Below are positions 8,065-12,947 of a stretch of 12,947 nt of DNA, in pieces. Position 1 is the first letter of the stretch; every line of letters begins with the position of its first letter. The stretch covers positions 1-12,947 of the forward strand of contig CAZJVM010000067.1 in assembly GCA_964549305.1 (NCBI GenBank), read 5' to 3'. This stretch comes from an uncultured bacterium (lineage in GTDB: Bacteria > Schekmanbacteria > GWA2-38-11 > J061). The notes below the pieces were generated by a model, which was not told the origin of the DNA, did not search any database, and saw only the letters and a list, made by a program, of their open reading frames with translations. The position numbers were made by a program, and so were the translations under genes.

Positions 8065-8772
8065 TTATATCATAGCGTCGGTGATTCTCTGAATGATGTT
8101 TTTATCTTCGAGGATTTTGTCAAAATATCTCGCTTTTCCCGGGTCGCCTTCCGCGGTGACTTTTCTTATCATTGATTTCCGTTTTTTAATGAGCCCGATT
8201 TCCGCTTTATCCGCAACAGGTGCTGAAGACTTATACAAATCAAGCCAGAGAAGCAGTCTTTTAAAACTCAGGTTTACGAAATCTTCGCAATCAGATTCGG
8301 GGCAAAGTCCTTTAACCCAGTAGGGCGACCTCATTGTCCTTGACCAGAAGAAGTCCGACTCAAGTGGTATTACCTGTTCAAAGGCGAGAAATTCGTCATA
8401 TGTTGCCTTGAGGGGCGTATAGTATTTGTCAAGGTAATCGTAATTTAAAACAGGGTCTTTTGTGCCGTAAAAATCAACATCCATATTTATGCCTTTGGGC
8501 GTTGAACTCAGGTTGCAGGCAAAGATGGGAATATCGTAATTATCCGCGGGTATGATGCTTATGCCGTTTATCTCAGCGCCGCTCATAGTGTAATTGCCGT
8601 AGGCAATCTTTTCGATTTTGTCCGATTTGAAATGCTTTACCTGACCGCTCAGAACAACCTCGCCGTTTTTTCCCTTTGCCTTGAAGTCCGTCAAATCCTC
8701 AAAAGGAAATATTTCCCCGACAGTCAACTCCTTACCGATTTCCTTAAATAACTTATCAAGATAATGTTTCAT
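8065..8772 (-). CDS. Ferredoxin-dependent bilin reductase (FDBR; HY2/PebAB/PcyA/RCCR)-fold protein, copy 2
   Basis: 235 aa. KSDKIEK, IIPADNYDIPIFACNL, DVDFYGTKDPVLNYDYLDKYYTPL, WSR.MRSPYW, LLLWLDLY, AEGDPG (cf. HY2/PebB (E/K)DP(G/A)). Colinear with 6027..6719. SD AGGGAG upstream. Confidence 0.82.
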   Translation of the reverse strand: MKHYLDKLFKEIGKELTVGEIFPFEDLTDFKAKGKNGEVVLSGQVKHFKSDKIEKIAYGNYTMSGAEINGISIIPADNYDIPIFACNLSSTPKGINMDVDFYGTKDPVLNYDYLDKYYTPLKATYDEFLAFEQVIPLESDFFWSRTMRSPYWVKGLCPESDCEDFVNLSFKRLLLWLDLYKSSAPVADKAEIGLIKKRKSMIRKVTAEGDPGKARYFDKILEDKNIIQRITDAMI

Positions 8773-8798
8773 TACGTTACTCCCTGTTTAACGATTTT

Positions 8799-10052
8799 TT
8801 AAAAAGAATCCTTCAGCGACATCTCATCGAGTTTTTCGATTTTTTTAAATAAATCCGGACGTTCGCTTTTTATTTTATCCTTCTTCTCAAGAAACGCGCC
8901 CCAAATGAGCTCGGGGGTCTTGTATTGGCTGAAAGTGCCGGGGAATATCCTGTCCTCTGCAAGGGAGAAAAGGTAGTCTATCTCATCATCGGTATATGTG
9001 GGAATCAGCGCGTATCCCTGTGCCACACGAAGGAATTTGTCTGAATTGAATTCAAATTCGGACATCCACCATTTTTCGTAATCGCCGAACCCGTTTTTGC
9101 CTTCAAATTCATCCATAACCGCTTTCGCGCCTCTGTATCCGCACATCATAGCGCCCTGAGTCTCCACTTCCACATAAGATGCGGCATCGCCGAGCGCGAT
9201 AGCATTGCCTTTGTATGGTTTTTTTAGAGATGTAAAAACTTTTATGGAACAACCCGTTTTCCTTACGATTGACGCGTTTTCAAAAATATTGGAAAGACGG
9301 CTTTTTTTTGTAAAACTTTCAAAGCTCTGGGCGTCACATACTAACTCCGTCACATCATCTTCGAGACCTATTCCCATAAAAACCGGAACATTGGAGAAAT
9401 AGTTTCTGCCGAAATGTCCTATCCACGAAGCATTGACATAATCCTTTACGCCTTTAAGCTCGTAAATCGTGGAAAGCGCTGTTGCAAAATACTTTCTCTC
9501 TTTGTTCAGTCCCAGAGTCTCGGAAATAATGGAATTAGCGCCGTCTGCAATGATTATTTTTTTGGCTTTTACCGTTTCTCTTTTTCTGTGTGATACAGTC
9601 TTTATTTCAACTTCGCTGCCGGAGTCTTTTGCGCCGTATGCAACCGTCTTATCTCTCATCTCAACGCCAAGGGAAGAGCACTCTTGCCATAAACTTTTTA
9701 AAAGTGCGCCCTTGTCAAATTTAAAGACTATTGGCTTCTTTGTCTCGGTATTTGAAAATGTGAGTTTGTGTCCCGATGGTGATATATAGAATTTGTCATA
9801 AACAGGTTTTATGATTCCGTTGTAGTGGACTCTGAATCCGTTTTCCGGAAAAATGAACTCACCCTTTTCGTAGTTTACGCTTTCCCCCATATATCCTTCA
9901 TCGAGGATAAGGTGCATACAACAGCAACGGGTGATGTTTCCTACATCGGCGCGTTTTTCGACGAGAATCGTCTTTACGCCCTTTGAGGCAAGCTCTCTGC
10001 CTGCGATTAATCCGGCGGGACCTCCGCCTATGATTGCAACATCATAAATCAT
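8799..10052 (-). CDS. FAD-dependent oxidoreductase, geranylgeranyl reductase/FixC family, copy B
   Basis: 417 aa. YDVAIIGGGPAG..A dinucleotide motif, LVEK, RC (here RCCC), IIIADGANS, LGDAAS, C-terminal TDDEIDYLF. Paralog of 10392..11666. Confidence 0.9.
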   Translation of the reverse strand: MIYDVAIIGGGPAGLIAGRELASKGVKTILVEKRADVGNITRCCCMHLILDEGYMGESVNYEKGEFIFPENGFRVHYNGIIKPVYDKFYISPSGHKLTFSNTETKKPIVFKFDKGALLKSLWQECSSLGVEMRDKTVAYGAKDSGSEVEIKTVSHRKRETVKAKKIIIADGANSIISETLGLNKERKYFATALSTIYELKGVKDYVNASWIGHFGRNYFSNVPVFMGIGLEDDVTELVCDAQSFESFTKKSRLSNIFENASIVRKTGCSIKVFTSLKKPYKGNAIALGDAASYVEVETQGAMMCGYRGAKAVMDEFEGKNGFGDYEKWWMSEFEFNSDKFLRVAQGYALIPTYTDDEIDYLFSLAEDRIFPGTFSQYKTPELIWGAFLEKKDKIKSERPDLFKKIEKLDEMSLKDSF

Positions 10053-10086
10053 ATTTCTGACCTGATAAACGGGATGTGCGCGTTAC

Positions 10087-10187
10087 GGCGAAATTCAAGA
10101 GATTTCGTCCGGAAGAAATAAAAAAATAGGGGTCGTTAAAGACAAAACGAATTTTGATTTCGGTTCCTCCCCCCTGCCTTTCCGGCA
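10087..10187 (-). promoter_or_regulatory. Structured intra-operon spacer: hairpins plus U-tract (partial terminator, attenuator or processing site)
   Basis: Inverted repeats at 10175-10187 (TGCC-N5-GGCA), 10133-10150 (TCGTT-N8-AACGA, extendable by AGGGG 10128-10132 / CCCCT 10171-10175) and 10089-10107 (CGAAAT-N7-ATTTCG). The A7 run at 10120-10126 is a U-tract on the mRNA just after the middle stem. Confidence 0.45.
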
Positions 10188-10209
10188 TTTAATAGAGCTA
10201 TATTTTTTC

Positions 10210-10380
10210 CTATTGCGAAATTGCTTTAACGGGGCACATATCTATGCAGGCGAGACATTCGATGCACGTTTCCTCGTCAATAACCGCGTTGTTTTCTTCC
10301 AGTTCAAGGGCGCCCTGAGTGCATGCGTCGATACAGCATCCGCAGGCGATACAGGTTTCATTATCTATCGTGATTGCCAT
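10210..10380 (-). CDS. 2[4Fe-4S] bacterial (clostridial-type) ferredoxin, 56 aa; absent from the ORF track
   Basis: Translated by hand: MAITIDNETCIACGCCIDACTQGALELEENNAVIDEETCIECLACIDMCPVKAISQ*. Two CxxCxxCxxxC motifs, acidic composition, SD AAGGA upstream, starts 11 nt after the stop of 10392..11666. Confidence 0.96.
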   Translation of the reverse strand: MAITIDNETCIACGCCIDACTQGALELEENNAVIDEETCIECLACIDMCPVKAISQ

Positions 10381-10391
10381 AATTTTATCCT

Positions 10392-11666
10392 TTAAAAAGT
10401 GCCTTTCAGAGTTACGCTGCTTCTTTTTTCGATTTTCGCGTAAAGCTCGGGTTTTTCCTTCTTAATTCTTTCGGGGTCCTGAAGGAATGCTTCCCACATA
10501 AGCTTAGGAGTTTTATATTGGCTGTAGGTTCCGGGCAATTCCATTGTCGAACCCAAAGCGAAGAGATAATCGAGCTCTTCGTCGGTGTATGTGGGAATAA
10601 GGGCATACCCCTGAGCAACCTGAAGAAAGTCCTCACCGTTAAATTCAAAGGACTCGAGCCACCATTTCGTGTATTCTTCAAAACCGTTTTTACCTTCGAA
10701 TTCATCTGCAAGCGCTTCGACTGCCCTGTACGCGCACATAAAAGCACCCTGAGTTTCAACTTCCACATATGCCGCTGAATCCGCGATTGCTATGAAGTTT
10801 CCTTTATAGGGTTTTTTCATTCCGGTGTATGCTTTTGCGGAGCATCCCGTTGAGCGGACGACCTTCGCTTTTTTAAAATCATCCGCAAGTCTTCCCTTTG
10901 TCATAAAATTTTTGCAGATTTCGGAGGGATAACAATTCTTTCCGCCCAAAGCCACGATTTCGACTATGCCTTCCTCGAGGGTTATTCCCATAAGTACCGC
11001 GGCATTGGAATAATAAGTCCTTCCGAAATGGCCTATCCACGACGCTTCGGGAAAATTCTCTACACCTTCGATTTCGAAAATCATTGCAAGTCCCGTGGCG
11101 AAATATGTCCTTCCTTCATTGAGACCAATTGCCTCTGAAATTCTCGAATTCACGCCGTCTGCTATTATCGCTTTCTTTGCCGTGATTTTGTCGTGTTTTT
11201 TCTTGCTTACGATATCTATTTCCACGCTGTTGCCAAGGTCTCTCGCGTTATATGCCGATGTTTCTCCCAGGAGAGTTACTCCTTTATTCGCGCATTCATT
11301 CCACAGGTCTTTTAAAAGAAGTCCCTTGTCAAACCTGTATGATATCGGTTTTCCGGTTTTTCTGTTTTGAAAGGTTAACTCGTTGCCTGAAGGCGAGCGA
11401 TAGATTTTTGTATTTACCGGTTTGATTTTTCCTTTGTAATCAACTTCAAAACCGGTTTTCGGAAATAACATTTTACCGTCTTTGTATTGAGCGTCATCTC
11501 CCATATATCCTTCGTCGAGGATAAAATTCATACAGCAACAGCGGGTAATTGTCTCAACATCTTTTCTTTTTTCAACGAGGACTGTCTTCAATCCCTTTTC
11601 AGCCGCCCGTTTTGCGGCCATAAGTCCCGCCGGTCCGGCGCCTATTATAGCAACATCGTAACTCAT
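10392..11666 (-). CDS. FAD-dependent oxidoreductase, geranylgeranyl reductase/FixC family, copy A
   Basis: 424 aa. YDVAIIGAGPAGLMAA, LVEK, ITRCCC, IIADGVNS, IADSAA (variant of GDAA), TDEELDYLF. ATGA overlap with the amidohydrolase stop (11663-11666) and SD AAGGAG. Confidence 0.9.
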   Translation of the reverse strand: MSYDVAIIGAGPAGLMAAKRAAEKGLKTVLVEKRKDVETITRCCCMNFILDEGYMGDDAQYKDGKMLFPKTGFEVDYKGKIKPVNTKIYRSPSGNELTFQNRKTGKPISYRFDKGLLLKDLWNECANKGVTLLGETSAYNARDLGNSVEIDIVSKKKHDKITAKKAIIADGVNSRISEAIGLNEGRTYFATGLAMIFEIEGVENFPEASWIGHFGRTYYSNAAVLMGITLEEGIVEIVALGGKNCYPSEICKNFMTKGRLADDFKKAKVVRSTGCSAKAYTGMKKPYKGNFIAIADSAAYVEVETQGAFMCAYRAVEALADEFEGKNGFEEYTKWWLESFEFNGEDFLQVAQGYALIPTYTDEELDYLFALGSTMELPGTYSQYKTPKLMWEAFLQDPERIKKEKPELYAKIEKRSSVTLKGTF

Positions 11667-12700
11667 TTCTTCTCCTTGTTTTTAGCCGCCTGTTTGTCCC
11701 TCCAGTCACCGCAGTAGAAATTATAAGCATTGTCAAAAAGAAGCATTTTCTTGAATTGCGGTGAAATGGGAAGAAGTTTAATGTACTCGAGAGCGGTTTT
11801 GTAAATGGGTAAAATCAGGGGAGAATCAGTGCCAAAAAATACTTTATGAGGAACAATCTGCTCTAACATTCTTATATGGTCAAGGTTCATATAATAGTTG
11901 AATTGCATCAGCATTGGATGAGGCACGGTTATGTCGGTGTATACATTCGGATGCCTGATTACATTCCATATGGCAAGTCTCGGATTGTTCATCGCTCCGC
12001 AGTGAAGCTGAAGTATTCTTAAATCCGGGAAATCCACCGCAACATCATCGATGTAAACGGGGTCCTGATACTTCGCCCTTGTGCCGGGAATTTCTTCCAC
12101 TCCCGTATGGATTTCAACGTGAAGTCCCAGTTCCACGCATTTTTCGTAAATGGGATAGCATCTTTCCCTGTCATTCGGATATCCCGCCGTAGGCGTGTGA
12201 ATCTTTACTCCCTTGAATCCAAGTTCTTTTGCCTTGTGCACTGTTTCGATCTTTTGGCTCAACTCAGCTTTCGGATTCACTCCGGCGGTCCCAACATACC
12301 GGTTCGGGTATTTGTCGAGGAATTCCTCCTTTACATATTCCATAGGCACGTGCCAGTAATCATTGTAGGGCGGGTCTGAAATGGTGTCCATTCCCGTTAC
12401 CAGCGCCATTTGGACACCGGCATCATTGAAAATATTAATCATCGTTTCGACGCTGAAGTCAGGGATGTCTTCAACCTTTGTGATCGGTTTCACGGGGTCA
12501 GGGTCTCCGAGCATAACGCGAAGCGCCATCTGAGTCTGTGAAGTTACACCGTCTCTTGCCATCCAAAGGCGACTGCAACCGGGTCTTTTCTCGATGTCTT
12601 TTTTCTCGAATCCCGCGTGTGTGTGGCTGTCAAAAACCTTTAATCCCATCTTCGGCGGGGGTTGTACATTCCCATCTACAGGCGAATTGCTGTTCGGCAT
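11663..12700 (-). CDS. Amidohydrolase_2 family metal-dependent TIM-barrel protein
   Basis: 345 aa. FDSHTH (HxH), KYPNRYVG, GFKGVKIH, YPIYEKC.ELGL.VEIHTG, DDVAVDFPDLRI..LHCG, HPNVYTDI, KVFFGTDSP, L.DNA. SD AAAGGAG upstream. Confidence 0.94.
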   Translation of the reverse strand: MPNSNSPVDGNVQPPPKMGLKVFDSHTHAGFEKKDIEKRPGCSRLWMARDGVTSQTQMALRVMLGDPDPVKPITKVEDIPDFSVETMINIFNDAGVQMALVTGMDTISDPPYNDYWHVPMEYVKEEFLDKYPNRYVGTAGVNPKAELSQKIETVHKAKELGFKGVKIHTPTAGYPNDRERCYPIYEKCVELGLHVEIHTGVEEIPGTRAKYQDPVYIDDVAVDFPDLRILQLHCGAMNNPRLAIWNVIRHPNVYTDITVPHPMLMQFNYYMNLDHIRMLEQIVPHKVFFGTDSPLILPIYKTALEYIKLLPISPQFKKMLLFDNAYNFYCGDWRDKQAAKNKEKK

Positions 12701-12779
12701 TTTATTCTCCTTTCAAGAAATAATCGCATTCAATTTTTGGTATAAATATGGAATATATTTTCTCTTAAAAAACTATTAT

Positions 12780-12828
12780 TACTTATTAATCAATGATGTC
12801 ATTGTCAACATCAATTTGAACATTTCAA
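12780..12828 (-). promoter_or_regulatory. Probable operon promoter/operator: -35 TTGACA overlapped by inverted repeats
   Basis: Minus-strand TTGACA at 12803-12808. CAATGA-TG-TCATTG (12791-12804), TGATGT-N8-ACATCA (12794-12813), tandem TTG-N7-CAA boxes (12802-12814, 12816-12828). The -10 element is only imperfect (AT-rich TAAGTA/AATAAT). Confidence 0.55.
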
Positions 12829-12879
12829 TAAATTGTCCATACAGGGATTTTTATTATGTTGAAGGCGGTATTCCGATAT

Positions 12880-12907
12880 TTGAAATCCTTTGCCAATTTT
12901 ATATAAT
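12880..12907 (+). promoter_or_regulatory. Sigma70-type promoter for a divergent gene
   Basis: TTGAAA (12880-12885) - N16 - TATAAT (12902-12907); ATG follows at 12914. Confidence 0.55.
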
Positions 12908-12913
12908 GATTCT

Positions 12914-12947
12914 ATGAAAAGATTCATTACGCTTATTGGTACCTTTG
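12914..12947 (+). CDS. 5' fragment of a probable exported/membrane protein, truncated by the window edge
   Basis: ATG AAA AGA TTC ATT ACG CTT ATT GGT ACC TTT = MKRFITLIGTF, a signal-peptide-like start (basic n-region then hydrophobic), directly after TATAAT. Only 11 codons are visible. Confidence 0.45.
   Translation, partial: MKRFITLIGTF

Noticed and set aside
6027-8772. Assigning gene symbols pcyA, pebA, pebB, hy2 or rccR to the FDBR-fold genes
   Set aside because: The catalytic residue pattern matches none exactly and the usual partner genes are absent; only a fold-level call is supportable.
10213-10395. 60-aa plus-strand ORF in the ORF track
   Set aside because: Antisense shadow of the ferredoxin gene (10210..10380, -), which has clear Fe-S motifs and an SD.
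8799-11666. Calling the flavoproteins true geranylgeranyl reductase (chlP/bchP/DGGGPL reductase) or fixC with fixX
   Set aside because: RxxFD and YxWxFP motifs are missing. There are no etf/fixAB genes, and the ferredoxin is a short clostridial type rather than FixX-like.
12801-12814. Possible FNR box (half-site ATCAA at 12810-12814)
   Set aside because: The left half and spacing do not fit TTGAT-N4-ATCAA.
7355-12917. Remaining short overlapping ORFs across the operon, including 10412..10768 (-) and 12594..12917 (+)
   Set aside because: Shadow frames of well-supported genes. 12594..12917 runs through the AT-rich promoter region and has low-complexity I/N/Y composition.

Overview
Bacterial genomic window, probably from an anaerobe (inference from the clostridial-type ferredoxin and enzyme content), with 13 complete CDSs and one or two partial ones. 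No mobile element, CRISPR array or RNA gene was seen. The left half is mixed: a uvrA (probably a second-copy type), a secreted TolB-like beta-propeller, yjbQ, an exported DJ-1/PfpI protein and an NDUFA9-like atypical SDR. The right half holds the main point of interest, a tightly packed minus-strand operon: amidohydrolase_2 > geranylgeranyl-reductase(GGR)-family flavoprotein A > 2[4Fe-4S] ferredoxin (56 aa, missing from the ORF track) > structured 157-nt spacer > GGR-family flavoprotein B > ferredoxin-dependent bilin reductase (FDBR/HY2/RCCR)-fold protein > degenerate CPBP membrane protein > ~7-TM membrane protein. A second FDBR-fold gene on the plus strand converges on the operon end and overlaps it. 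No heme oxygenase, phytochrome or phycobiliprotein gene is present in the window. The cluster is a candidate undescribed ferredoxin-driven reductive pathway, possibly for tetrapyrroles/bilins. All family calls come from motif recognition by eye; no searches were run.
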